The notes under the pieces are model-generated. The model was given only the letters and a program-made list of their open reading frames with translations, made no database searches and was not told where the DNA came from. From Azolla caroliniana (Eukaryota > Plantae > Polypodiophyta): a stretch of 64,000 nt of DNA. Where the stretch lies: positions 9,176,001-9,240,000 of the forward strand of contig JBHGNT010000009.1 of the NCBI GenBank assembly GCA_043228905.1. The letters run 5' to 3'. Shown one piece after another: positions 1 to 12,770 of the stretch. Numbering within the stretch: the stretch's first letter is position 1; each line of letters opens with the position of its first letter. A program made the translations under genes and the position numbers.

Positions 1-127
1 TAAATATTAAAAAAGAACCCAAAATGCACATCTAACATTCAAAATGATTAGAAAGTCTTCGTTGACAAATGTTTCTCCCTTGATTTTCCCTCCTCTTCAA
101 TATGTCCTAAAAAATGCTTACCCATAT

Positions 128-345
128 AATTACAACTTATAAACTCCTAAGAAACTAGAGTTTGAAGATTGAAATTACAACTCAAACAATAAATATTAAC
201 TAACATTTTCATCCATTTTAGTTTAAGAATTTAAGTAATTACAACTTATAGACTCCTAAGAAACTAGAGTTTGAAGATTGAAATTACAACTCAAACAATA
301 AATATTAACTAACATTTTCATCAATTTTAGTTTAAGAATTTAAGT
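128..345. repeat. 109-bp tandem duplication (2 copies)
   Basis: 128-236 and 237-345 are near-identical (aattacaacttata...agaatttaagt). Confidence 0.95.
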
Positions 346-862
346 GCATTATTGACCTTACTAGTGAAATTCAAGTTTACGAGTTTAGTGCATTTTTATA
401 AGTAGTTAAAAATATTTGTATTAATAGCAAAAACTATGGTTGCATTGTTTTATAATGCCTCGATGATGTTATTTGTTTACTATAGAGCCTATATGAAGTT
501 GCTTGATGATATTATTATAGAGGTTGGATGATCTTGTTATTCTTGTAGTAACCATATTTTTGGTGTTGGTCTTCTTGGAAAATCATATTTAATCCTAGAT
601 TGTAAATGCCGCTATTAAAGTGTGGTATATATATTTTAAATGAACTTAAAATAATATAGTATCTTGACAAATAATAGCCTCATTGTAATTGCAACCACTT
701 AGGAATATACTATTATTTTTGAAAATGACTCAACTATTTAACATACTATATGCAAAACACGTATTTTTATATATTTAACAAATAACATAAACTTATTTAA
801 AGTACTTTTAGTTTTGGAGGTACTTATCCAATAGTAATACATTAAAGACATATGGTACCCAT

Positions 863-1659
863 CAGGGCAAAAATTTGACGGGTGTCATGCCCGTCAAAGG
901 CCCTTTTGCTTGTCAAAAACCTACACTTAATAAAAATGCTTGTCAAGTGACATACAATGTTTCAATTTTCATTTTCATGTGAAAAGCCCCTAAAATTTAT
1001 ACATGTCAAATGACATACTAAAATTCTATTTTCCATGTCATATATATTATATATATGATACATATTGTCATATAAATATATTTATATACTATCAAGTGTG
1101 TATAATAATATATTTATATTATATGTTTTTTTTTATAACATGCTTAAAATAATATCATCATCATGTAATAAATTTTAAATTTGATTGAAATTTTAAAAAG
1201 TAACATTTATTAAATACTCTAAGTGTAAACTCTAGGTTTGATTTTAATGTTTTAAGTTTTAAGTTAAACCTTAATTTTTTACTAACCTTTTTTTTCAATA
1301 AAAAAACCTTTTTCAGCAAAACAATAACCATGTTTTTCTCAAAATAACCACTTTTTTTCCAAAAAAAACCTTTGTTTTTTCCAAAAAAAAAACTTTTCTT
1401 CATACTTAATAGTAAAAAATTAACACGATATTTATTTTATGTATATTCATTATCTTTGTGAGGTAATTATGCTAATTTGTGTATATTTGTGTTATAGTAA
1501 TGACATCTATAACAATGTAGCATTATAGAGAGCTTTTCATTTTTTAAATTTGTATATCAAATGACATGTTAGTTTTTGCAATCTTATGTCATATGACATA
1601 CATCTTTAAAAAATGCTTGTCAAAAAACTTTGATACTAACCCATCAAATTTAGGCCTTG
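863..1659. mobile_element. Putative non-autonomous hAT-like DNA transposon / MITE
   Basis: Left end CAGGGCAAAAATTTGACGGGT matches the reverse complement of the right end (CAAGGCCTAAATTTGATGGGT) at 17/21. Many subterminal TGTCAA/TGACA motifs at both ends, AT-rich non-coding interior. No TSD found. Confidence 0.55.
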
Positions 1660-1660
1660 G

Positions 1661-1684
1661 TTTAGGGTTTAGGGTTTAGGGTTT
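1661..1684 (+). repeat. Short interstitial plant telomeric repeat (TTTAGGG)3TTT
   Basis: Three perfect TTTAGGG units at 1661, 1668 and 1675. Confidence 0.9.
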
Positions 1685-2019
1685 GTACATAACGTACTAA
1701 CAACTATCGTAGTCAAACATATTGGAATTTCTTTTTGAAAAGAAAACATATTGGAATTTCAAGCTTTATTGTACAACATGTGTGACTACAGAAATGGTGG
1801 GTGCATGTGTATGATCTAAAATCCACTCACTCTCTTACCATAACATTGTAGTCCTAGAGATATAAGTCCCTTTTATAGTTCATGTAAAGGATATGTATAT
1901 GTATTTTACCTAAATTATGTTGACAATGAGAGATAATGTTAGTAAGTACAATGAGAGATTATGTATTTAGTAAGTAGATAATGTTATATATTGAAGGAAC
2001 CCCCTCCCCTCCCCCTTGT

Positions 2020-2362
2020 AAAGTGTTGGTTCATCCAACTCACTATGGTTTTATTGCAAGTGGAAATATTTTGCACAATGTATTGAATGTTCAAATGACT
2101 TTAGATTATGCCTACCATACAAATGAGATAATGGTTATAGTGCAATTGGATTTGGAAAAACCACATGATTGTGTTAATTGGTCTTTTCACGTAGGAGAGA
2201 TGCATAATATGGGTTTTGGACATCACATGTCAAGAATTAATTTTCTGCTTGGTCGGAACGCAACATCTTGTGTGATGCTTAATGGTAGAGTCCCTCAAAA
2301 AATCAATATCACTAGATCAGTGAGGCAAGGATGCCCACTTAGTTCATTGTTATTTGGTTTTA

Positions 2363-2444
<82 letters not shown>

Positions 2445-2780
2445 AGAGCCCATTCCGTTGGCTTCCATTCAAATGATTGCTTCCATGCGACTTAGCTCAC
2501 ATGCATTGCGATGTGAGACAGGGTGTTGGGGCATAAGTGATGAGAGTGGTCGACTATGCACACTTTGCCCTAAACAAGTTCAAGAGTTTGAGTATCACAC
2601 TTTGATACAATGCTTTGCTTTTGATCATATTTGACCATGCTTTCCACACATCTTCGACCAAGCCCAATCCTTGCACGAATTTCTCTGACAACCACAATGT
2701 GCACTCTCGATTGCAACATTTATCGGTAAAGTTCTTGAACATCGAGAGTCGCTACTCACTTTCACACATATCACGTGAAA
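2020..2780 (+). pseudogene. Non-LTR (LINE) remnants: RT fragment plus C-terminal Cys/His tail, separated by a (TC)n tract
   Basis: HPTHYGFI..NILHNV, QLDLEK..D.VNWSF and RSVRQGCPLS are LINE RT motifs. RLSSHALRCETG..RLCTLC..EYHTLIQC resembles a LINE ORF2 C-terminal zinc-binding region. Confidence 0.8.
2367..2441. repeat. (TC)n microsatellite
   Basis: Uninterrupted TC run of about 75 bp. Confidence 0.97.
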
Positions 2781-3791
2781 TGTAATATTTTTGGTCTCAT
2801 AGGTCACATTTGACCTCTGAATACGATAATATAGTATATCTGTCTATCTATCTATCACACACACCCACATTATCATTTGATATTTAGAATGATAGTCATA
2901 AGAAATCGGCTGCAAAACCTATAGCTCATATTAGAGAATCTAAGAAAGCCTCATTAGAAACAAATGAACCAGGGGCACAATCAAGTGCGATTTGAGCGAA
3001 ATGGAAACTTTAAGCACAACAAAGTTGTGAAATTGATGTATGTAGTGGGGACATGGTCTCTAACTCACCTATTATGTATTTGATGAATCAAGAAAAGAAT
3101 GTCGAAAGTCTAGATATACAAAGAAGGGTATGGAAATACCCGAATCCCTCACAAAGGTCATAGGTGAATTCGTTAGTATACATTATGGTATGTCAAATGT
3201 GAATATGAAAATAGGGCCATTGACTTATTCTTTTGGAATTGCAATGAATAACCAAAGATCATGAGGCAACTACAATGTACACTCTTTAATATGATTGAAA
3301 GATCCAAAACAATGAAGAGGACCAGGAATGACATGTTTGATTAAGATAAAATTAGAGAAATATGTGTTGATCATAAAAAATGATGAAAATTTATTTTACA
3401 TATGACTTAAAATAGAAATGCCAAATGAATACCCTACCCACTTTTGTACTTGGATGCTACATTCCTCATCATATGCTTGTTTGGATAAAGGTAAACTCTT
3501 TGCCAATCTAGAACATGATATTGCTTATTTCAAAGTTAAGAGGAAGTTATTGTCTTTAGTGAATAAATGCTCGTACTAGAATTATGCAACTTGATGCATA
3601 ACAACCTTTCATGCTACGTTGTCGTGATGTTTCCGACACATACTGTGAAACCACCTCGGATATGAAATAAAATAATAGTTCAAATATTGTTTATGAGAAA
3701 ATATGATGCCAATACGTTTGATGCAAAGATGTCTAAGAATAAAGTGTGAGATGAAAGGTTCAAGTATCAAAGAAAGAAGGAACTTAAAGGG

Positions 3792-4060
3792 TGTTGAGAT
3801 CGAATCCGGCCACAACCGGTTTGTACTCTAGCATATGCTAGTACAAAGATTTGAACAAACAAGAAAAACAAGAAGCAGAAATACACGAGTACAGTGACAA
3901 AAGATGTTTTACATGGAAAACCCTAACAAGGAAAAACCACGGGAATCCATAGACTCCAAACTATCTCACTATGCAAAAGGAAATACATAGAGACTCCCAA
4001 GCAACAACCTTGGGCTCGTCTTCTTCGCGGGATGACGGGTAGAACAGAGATGCAACAACA

Positions 4061-4100
<40 letters not shown>

Positions 4101-4377
4101 TACAACAACATGAATGTTATATCTAACCTTTTGCCCTAGTTATATTTATACTTATATAACTTAGGGCTATTTACAAATCTGGTCTAAATAGGTGCAACGC
4201 TAAACCTATTTACATATGTGGCTTCTTCTGGATGCCTATCCGGATTTGATCCGGATACCGATCTGGTTACTGATCCGTATCCGGATCCAGATCCAGATCC
4301 GGTCTCTCTTTTCCTTCGGATCCTGTTGATTTGGCTCGTGCTCTCCTTCCCATCCAGAGGGACCTTGTTTCCCAACA
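3792..4377 (-). repeat. Copia-A 3' LTR
   Basis: Direct repeat of 20004-20588, adjacent to the PPT. Confidence 0.93.
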
Positions 4378-4387
4378 AACTCCCCCT

Positions 4388-5968
4388 TCACTCCGGCATG
4401 GGGTTGTTCGTCAACCTGACCCGACTTTGACACATGTCGCACCTTTTCGCCGACATCACCTTTGTCAACATGTCTGACCCGATCTCTGATGTGTGCACCT
4501 TCACTAGAGCAAACTCCTTTTCTTCTAGCCTCTCTCTAAGCAAATGGTATCTCTGTTGGATATGCTTAGTCCACGAGTGGTAGGCAAAATTCTTCGCAAG
4601 GTGGATGACACTTTGGTTGTCGCAGTAGAGTCCAAATTCTTCTTGTTGAATCCCCAACTCTCTGATGAACTCCTTCATCTGGATGATCTACTTGCCAACT
4701 TCAGCTACGACCATATACTCGGCTTCCGTGGTCGACAACGCCACGACCTTTTGCAACCTCGACTACCACGAGACGGTTGCCCCTACATAAGTCATTACAT
4801 ACCCCGACGAGGACCGGCTGGTGTCTACATCAGCTGACATGTTGGAGTTGGTAAAACCTTCTAGTATGGTATTACCTAAGTCAAATCGGAGGCACACGGT
4901 CGAGGTGCCTTTCAAGTACCGAAGTATCCACTTGACAGTTGCCCAGTGCTCTTTGTCAGGATTGTTCATGAATCGATTGGCGACTCCAACTGCATAACCT
5001 ATGTCTGGCCTGGTGCAGACCATCGCATACATAAGGCTTCCGACTACTGAGGCATGGGGTACCGTCATCATCTCAGCCTTTTCTGCCTTCATCTTTGGAC
5101 TTTGTCTCCCGGAAAACTTGATGTTTGTTGGTAGTGTCGACCCGACCGGCTTCACGTTTTGCATGTTGAACCTTTGGAGCACCTTTGTCACATAGTTCTC
5201 TTGTGACAGCCACAATAACTTCTTTGTCCAGTCTCGTACAATGTGCATTCCGAGCATCTGACTTGTTGGACCCATGCCCTTCATTGAGAATGACTTGCTT
5301 AAGGCCTTCTTCAACATTCGGATCTTTATATGGTCTCGTCCGACTATCAGCATGTCGTCCACGTACAGCAGGAGAATGAGGAAATCTCCTCCGTCAAACC
5401 TCTTCACAAACACGCAATGGTTAGCCTGCGTCTTGTGGTACCCTTGGTTGGCCATGAAGGATTCGAACTTCCGGTACCACTAATGTGGAGCCTGCTTCTG
5501 ACCGTAAAGGCTCTTCCTCAACCGTCACACCAAGTTCTCCTTTCCTTTCTTGATGAATCCTTCCGGTTGCTACATATAGATTTCTTCTTCGAGCTCTCCA
5601 TTCAGAAAGACCGTCTTCACATCCAACTACTTGACTTCAAGGTCCATGTTGGCTGCTATGCTCAACATTGTTCGGATGAATGTCATCTTCACTACTAGGG
5701 CAAATATTTCATCGAAATCGACACCCTTCTTCTGCTGAAAACTCTTTACAACAATTCGTGCTTTGTATCTGGGTGGATTCCCTAAATCTCCCAACTTCAA
5801 TTTGTATACCCACTTCTTCTGGAGTGCCCTCTTTCCTTTCGGAAACTTGATCACTTCGTATGTGTGGTTCTGATGCAATGAATCCATCTCCTCTTGCATG
5901 GCTCATAACCACTCTCGATTCTGGGTATTGATCTTTGCTTCCTCAAAGATCTCTGGCTCCCCCTCGTC
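4388..5968 (-). pseudogene. Copia-A RT and RNase H (broken)
   Basis: DEGEPEIFEEAK, RYKARIVVK, LLLYVDDMLI, LYCDNQSVIHLAKN, SDMLTK; stops and frameshifts. Confidence 0.92.
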
Positions 5969-6400
5969 AAACCAAGAGAGAAGATAGAGTGACAGAAGAA
6001 AGATATAAAGAGATCACAAGAAGAGAGGAATGAAATGATAAGAGAAGAATGAATGTATTAAAGTAGAATGAGAATCGATACAAGATAGGCGATGAGAGCT
6101 TAAGACTGGTGTTGATTCGAATTGATTTGAGAATACATGTATGCCCCTATTTATAGGTTCCTATAGAATAGCCTAGAGATTTATATAATGTTCTAGAATG
6201 TTCTAGACCAAGAATATTCTAAGATGCTCTATGATATTCTAGAATGTTCCAGAGTATTTACAATAATCAGTGTATTACGGAAGTAGCTTTTATTATCTTA
6301 TATGATCATAAGCTATCTTAATGGTTGGGTTTTTGATTATGTATTACAAGGTCTTGGGTTCAAGCCCAGGTGAAACCATGATGTTTATGTATTCATGACA
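5966..6400 (-). repeat. Gypsy-B 3' LTR
   Basis: Direct repeat of 17116-17553; the terminal base is lost at the junction. Confidence 0.92.
6148..6250 (-). promoter_or_regulatory. Gypsy-B LTR TATA box and heat-shock-element array
   Basis: TATAAATA on minus at 6148-6155. TTCtaGAAtgTTC at 6191 and 6237, GAAtaTTC at 6212. The array recurs at ~17341-17401. Confidence 0.7.
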
Positions 6401-6429
6401 CTATCTCCCCATCGAGAACGACGACTGGA

Positions 6430-9220
6430 AGTCGACGTCAACAATGTAGGGCCCAGTTTGTTTGGATAGCGGCGATGGAAGTCGTCGACAATAGCTTGAG
6501 CATTAGAAACATTATTGACGGGTTCCCAAGTGCAATCACTCGCAGGTTAGCCTACCCAATCAACCAGATAGAGCTCATTACGCACAATTTTAGAATCAAG
6601 AATAGCAGCTACCTCATATTCTGGGCCGTCAGCAAGTTGGACAGAGGGCCAAGGTGGCACGACTCGATTAGTAATGGAAGAGGTGCGACAAGGTTCCAAA
6701 AGAGAACTATGAAAGACTGGGTGAAGCCGCATGTGTGCTGGAAGATTAAGACGAAAGGTTGCATCATTAATCTACGCCGTGATGAGAAAAGGACCTAAGC
6801 GCTGATAATCGAGTTTCTCATAGGGTTGTGTAGTCTTGATATGACGACGAAGCAACCATACTCAGTCACCAACCTTAAAAGGAGACTTAAGACAATGGCG
6901 ATCGACATTAGTCTTATGTTGTGCTTGAGGTGTCTGAAGATGTGAAGGTAACGCTAACTCGATCCGGTGTAGTCGATGAAGGTGATACTCAACACTAGGG
7001 TTTCATGCGACCTCAGGAAGATCTAGGATACACCATCGAGGATGGTTGCCGGTGTAGGAAAGGAAAGGTGTAACCTTGGTTGAAGAGTGTACTATGTTAT
7101 TGTATACAAACTCAGCAAGATGTAAAATATTACTGGACAATCATCTTGTTGATAACTAATGAAGCAACGAAGATGCTCGAGCATTTGATTTGTGCGCTCA
7201 GTTTGTCTGTCAGTTTGAGGATGATAAGCCAAAGAGAGTTTGCAAGAGATTTTGAGGCCTACCCATAGGTGCTTCCAAAAGTGAGAGATAAATTGATGAC
7301 CACGATCGCTACTTATATTGTCTGGAAGACCATGATGTCAAAACACTTCACACATAATGAGATATGCGGTTTCTTGACTATTGATGCTCTTTACACATGG
7401 TAAAAAATGTGTCATCTTGGTAAATCGATCAACTACTGTTAAAATAGTATCAAATCCTTTTGAAGGTGGCAGATCCATAATGAAATCCATAGAAATAGAC
7501 TGCCATGACTTAGTTGGAGGCGGTAATGGTTGTAGCAAGCCATAAGGATGATATTTGGGTATTTTGGCTCGACAACAGGTGTCACATGTACGAACATAAT
7601 CTTCGACAAAGTTTTGCAAATGAGGCCACCAAAACGAGCACTTCACTAACTCCATGGTCTTGGCAATACCAAAATCTCCAGCCAAAGGGGCATCATGACA
7701 ATGCTCCAATACTTGAAGGCAGGGTGATCCATCAGGGACGTAAAGGAGATTCTTGTAAAAGAGTAAGCCATCTTGCCATTTGAATTCCTAATAGTGTTGA
7801 GATTACCCTTGCAATGTGGAGCAAGATGCATGGCTTGGACTAATGTGGGCTAAGACATCCTTAGCGAAATCATTAGAGTGAAGTCGTTGCCGAATAATAT
7901 CCACAAGGCTTGATTCAAGCGGTGTGGCATAAACTGTTGTTGCTTGTAGCTTTGATGGTCCTAGGAGAATTTGCTTTTGATTGTCGAAGGCCGGATCTCC
8001 AAGCCGAAGTGCGAGATATGATCGTCGAGACAGAGCATCTGCTTTCCCTTGTTGTTTCCCAGGGCAGAAAATGATCTTGAAATCAAAACGAGTTAGAAAT
8101 TGTGCCCACCAAGCTTGTCTCCTATTTAACACTCGGGCCGTTTGAAAATACGTAAGATTTTTGTGATCACTATAAATGATGATTTGATGATGCGATCCTT
8201 CCAAAAAATGTCGCCATTGCTCGAAAGAGTCGACCACAACTAATAAATCCTTGTCGTGCACCTCGTAGTTTATCTCTGTAGTAGTAAATTTTCGCGAGTG
8301 AAACGCGATTGGATGGGACTGCCCATCCTTGCCTAGTTGTGATGGGATACTCCCCAATGCAAAGTCTGACGCATCCGCCTCAATAGTAAATGTCTTTTCG
8401 GGATCAATATGTGCTAAGATAGGAGCTAATGTGAATGCTTTTTTTAGCTGAGTAAAGGTCGTGTCTGCTTCGTCAGTCCAAACAAACACTTGATCTTTCT
8501 TGGTGAGTTGGGTGAGAGGCAACACGATCTTTAAATAATTCCATATGAATTTGCGATAGAAGTTAGCAAATCCGAGGAAACATTGGACGTCTCGAACAGA
8601 ACGTGGGGGTTGCCATTCCAATATTGTTTTGACTTTTGTTGGATCCATGAAGATACCCTTCGATGAAATAGTATAACCCAAGAAGTCGATTTGTTTGCTG
8701 TCAAAACTGCACTTCGCAAGTTTCGCATACAAACCATACTTTCTTAACCGTTCAAGTACTTCCTGGACATGTATATCATGCTCCTCCTGTGTTTTCGAGT
8801 AAATTGGCAAATCATCTAAATAGATTATGAGAAAGATATCCAAAAAATCTCGGAAAATGTCATTTGTCATACGTTGGAAAACTACGGGTATATTTGTGAG
8901 CCCGAAAGGCATGACAAAAAATATGGGCGCACTGGTTGGAGACTTTGAATGTCGAATGAACCCATGTGCAAGATTCTCCTCGATGTATTCTCGAAGAACC
9001 TCAAGCTCAGTTGATGATAGATTGTAGATCGGACCCCACGGTGGCTCTTTTCCTGGTTGAAGATCAATGGGACAGTCGTACGGTCGATGCTTTGGAAGTA
9101 CACTAGCTTTAACTTTTTAAAAGACATCAGCATATTCTTGATATTTTTTGGGAATTTGGATGTTTGAATTCCCTTGAGTGGCACTAGAAGGTGTCACTGA
9201 TACTGCAAATAAGAAAAGTT
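6430..9220 (-). pseudogene. Gypsy-B pol: RT, RNase H, integrase, chromodomain (broken)
   Basis: MPFGLTN, IYLDDL, EADASDFALG, SISMDFIMDLP, VVDRFTKM, HPVFHSSLL, EYEVAAILDSKIV..YLVDWVG..TWEP. Confidence 0.93.
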
Positions 9221-9225
9221 CCTCC

Positions 9226-9681
9226 TGTAAAGAATCAATGGTGATTCTTGTGTAGCAGAAGAGATGTGTGTTATGTGTATGTGTGAGAGGAAAGAGGAGA
9301 GGAGAGAAACACAAGATGGATAAGAGACAAAATGAAGTAATCAAGAAGAAGGAGATGTATATTAGCAAGGAGAATATGATAAATGAAACTGTAGCATTAC
9401 AAGGAGTCACAACCGACTTAGTATGAAGTATGAGGAGGGTGCTTTATATAGAGTCACCCTCTCTCTTCATTAACTTACAACAACCATTGTCTCTCTCGGG
9501 GAATATGAAGACTCGTAGTCATGGGGAATATGTAACTCATTAGTTATGTGTCATAGAATATGATTCTATGACACATAGTGAATGTATAGAGAGTAGTGGT
9601 GTGACTCTTGACCTTTGAGTAATCATAGATTCTCAAAAGGTGTGTTCACACGTTGTGCTATGCTGAGCTTGATTCTCAACA
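9226..9681 (-). repeat. Copia-C 3' LTR
   Basis: Direct repeat of 14877-15333. Confidence 0.95.
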
Positions 9682-11841
9682 CGCCCCCTCAAGCTCAACT
9701 CGGGTTGGTTCCTTTCGATTGATGTCTGCTTCGGTTGGTATCCGGTTCGGACGATATTCGGTGTCCGCTTCGGCTCGTACCCGGTTCGGACGGTATCCGG
9801 TTCTCACTTGTACTCCCCCTCAAGCTTGGCAAGTCAGGGATCATCAATCCAAGGTCTGACATGAATTGCCGAAGCTTGTCGGCTCCTAAGGCCTTCATGA
9901 AGATGTCAGCCGTCTGAAGATTTGTGTTGATGTGTTGAAGGTCGACATCTCCGGCCTATACGCGCTCTCGAATGAAGTGATAGTGCACTTCAATATGCTT
10001 TGTGTGTGCGTGGAACACCGAGTTCTGAGCCAGATATATATTGCTCATGTTGTCGCAGTAAAGGGGAGTCGGATCCTTGATGGGAACGCCCAGATCCTTC
10101 AAAATCCTCTTGAGCCATGCGGCTTCACATGCAGCTACAGTTGCGCCCCTGTATTCTGCCTCTGTACTCGAAAGAGCGATGGTAGGCTGCTTCTTGCTAC
10201 TCCACGAAATCGCTCCGTTGCCGAGGGAGAAGACAAATCCAGAGGTCGATCGTTGATCGGCTTTGTAGCCAGCCCAGTTCGCGTCTGTGTACCCTTTGAG
10301 TCGTATTGGTGTGGCTGATGCGTAGAGAACGCTTTAATCCATTGTGCCGCTCACATATCGTAATACTCTCTTAGCGCAATACAAGTGAATGTCGCGTGGT
10401 TTTTGCATGAATGTGCTGACGAGTCCGACTGGATAGCTAAGGTCGGGTCGAGTGATCGTGAGATAGATGAGGCTCCCGATCAATTGACGATATTGGGTCG
10501 GCTCGCACTCATCTGTGCCGAAGTCAGCATCTAGTTTGAGGTTTCGATCGAGAGGCGTAGCGACCGATTTGCACTCTGTCATCTGGAACTTGTATAACAA
10601 GTTGAGAATGTAATGCCGTTGAGAGATCATAATGCCAGACGGAATCCGAATTACTTCGATGCCCAAGAAGTAATGGAGCTCCTTCATGTCCGCATCTCGA
10701 ATTTTCCGAAGAGGAGGGACTTGACCTTGTTGATGTCGACTAGACTTTCACCTCCAATGACCAGATCATCCACGTATAGGATGATGAAAATTAAGCTTCT
10801 AGAGTCATGTCGTACGTAGAGGGAGTTGTCGAATTTCGACATTCGAAAGCCGATTTGATGAAGATATTGCGTAATCTTCGAATGCCAAGCACGCAGTGCT
10901 TGCTTGAGGCCGTAGAGAGACTTCTTGAGTTGGCATACGGCTTTTGGATGAATGCACGATTTGAAGCTGGGTGGTTGTACCATGTACACCTCCTCGTCTA
11001 ATTCGCCTTGAAGAACGGCGTTCTTGACGTCCATTTGGTGGAGGTGCCACCCTTTTGCCACTACAAGTGCGATCACGGTCCGCACCGTCGTCATCTTTGC
11101 CACCAGGGCAAAGGTCTCTTCGTAGTCGAAGCCATGTGTTTGTGTATATCCTTTCGCTACGAGTCGAGCTTTGCAGCGGTTGATGGAGCCGTCGGCATTA
11201 TACTTCACCTTGTAAATCCATCTACATCCGATCGCCTTCCTGTGTGGTGAGTGGGGAACGATATCCCATGTGTCATTCTTGCGTAGTGCGCGCATCTCCT
11301 CGTTCATTGCTTCGATCCATCACGGGTCCTTCGCGGCTTCGGAAAAGGTTTCCAACTCCCATACTATTGCTACCTTCAACATAAAAGCGTAATGGTACGC
11401 CGAGTGGATCGGCGTAGCTTCTCGTTTGCGGATTCTAAGGCTTTCTTCACTCCATTTGTCCGGATGTCAAGGCCTTCGAACTCACTATCGAGGGAGTAAG
11501 TCGATTCGTTGCCATCGAAATGAGCGTCTTCAAACTCCGGCATTTTGGCCTATGTCGTACACCGATTCATAAGATAGACGGTTGTGTTAGCTGCTTCCGC
11601 CCAATATGATTTTGGCATGTACATTTCGTTAAGCATAGCCCATGCCACTTCGAGGATGTGTTGATTCTTGCGTTCGGCCACTCCGTTTTGTTGTGGCGTA
11701 TGTCGACACGGAAACTCTTGTTGTATTTCTTCTTTCCGTAGAAATGCTGAAAATTCGTCGGAGAAGTACTCCTTGCCACCTTGCCTCCATCCGACCGAAG
11801 ACATCGTGCATGTCGGCCCGTGGCTTTCTCAACTTCATTCT

Positions 11842-12770
11842 TGACGGGAACCCACTGCTCCTTTTGCGCAACGCTCGGCCACAACCGAGCTTAGAATGAT
11901 ACACAGAAAAACGGGAAATAAAACACGACACAAAGAAGAGGAAGATACACAGGAGGTTTACGTGGAAAACCCCAAACTAGGGGAAAAAACCACGGCAGCC
12001 CACAGGCTGCGAACTGTCACTATGTAAGAATGTACAATAGTGAGTTCACTGAGGCAACGACCTCATGCTCACAGATCTTCGCCACAGGCGGCGGTTACAA
12101 CAGAGGCAACGACCTCTTTCTCTCTCTCTCTCTCTATACAGTTACGCACTCACTCTTCTCTTGCACCAACAGGTGAATAAACAACAACAACAGTTACTAA
12201 AAGTTTGCCCTAAGTCATATTTATACTAATATGAATTTTCGGCTATTTACAAAAGTAGCCTCGATGGGCTCTCAGAAACATATTTACGAATATGTCTCTT
12301 CATCTGGTTCATACCGAGCCTGCACCATCCGGCTCTCCGTAGCCGGGTACTCCTCATCCGGTTCATATCGGGCCTGCACCATCCGGCTCTCCGTATCCGG
12401 GTACTCCTCATCCGGTTCATACCGGGCCTGCACCATCCGGCTCTCCGTAGCCGGGTACTCCTCATCCGGTTCATACCAGGCCTGCACCATCCGGCTCTCC
12501 GTATCCGGGTACTCCTCATCCGGTTCATACCGGGCCTGCACCATCCGGCTCTCCGTAGCCGGGTACTCCTCATCCGGTTCATACCGGGCCTGCACCATCC
12601 GGCTCTCCATATCCGGGTACTCCTCATCCGGTTCATACCGGGCCTGCACCATCCGGCTCTCCGTAGCCGGGTACTCCTCATCTGGTTTCGGCCGAGGCCG
12701 ATAGGGTTTAGGGTTCACTCATCGGCACTGTTCTTCTCCCTTCCCATCCGGAGGGACCTATTTCCCAACA
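11842..12770 (-). mobile_element. Solo LTR of the Copia-A/G family inserted in the Copia-C integrase
   Basis: TGACG..CCAACA ends. TSD ATTCT at 11837-11841 and 12771-12775. Shares ggccacaaccg, ggaaaaccc, (CT)n and cccatccggagggacc blocks with A/G LTRs. Confidence 0.93.
12301..12688. repeat. 54-bp tandem array (7 copies plus a partial) with alternating variants
   Basis: Unit catccggttcataccgggcctgcaccatccggctctccgta[g/t]ccgggtactcct, starting at 12301, 12355, 12409, 12463, 12517, 12571 and 12625. Confidence 0.97.

Noticed and set aside
1161-1403. 80-aa Lys/Phe-rich ORF
   Set aside because: Produced by A/T homopolymer runs inside the putative MITE.
12231-12718. Repetitive ORFs or a CRISPR-like array
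   Set aside because: Units are contiguous with no unique spacers, no cas genes are present, the context is a eukaryotic LTR, and the ORFs arise from the 54-bp period.
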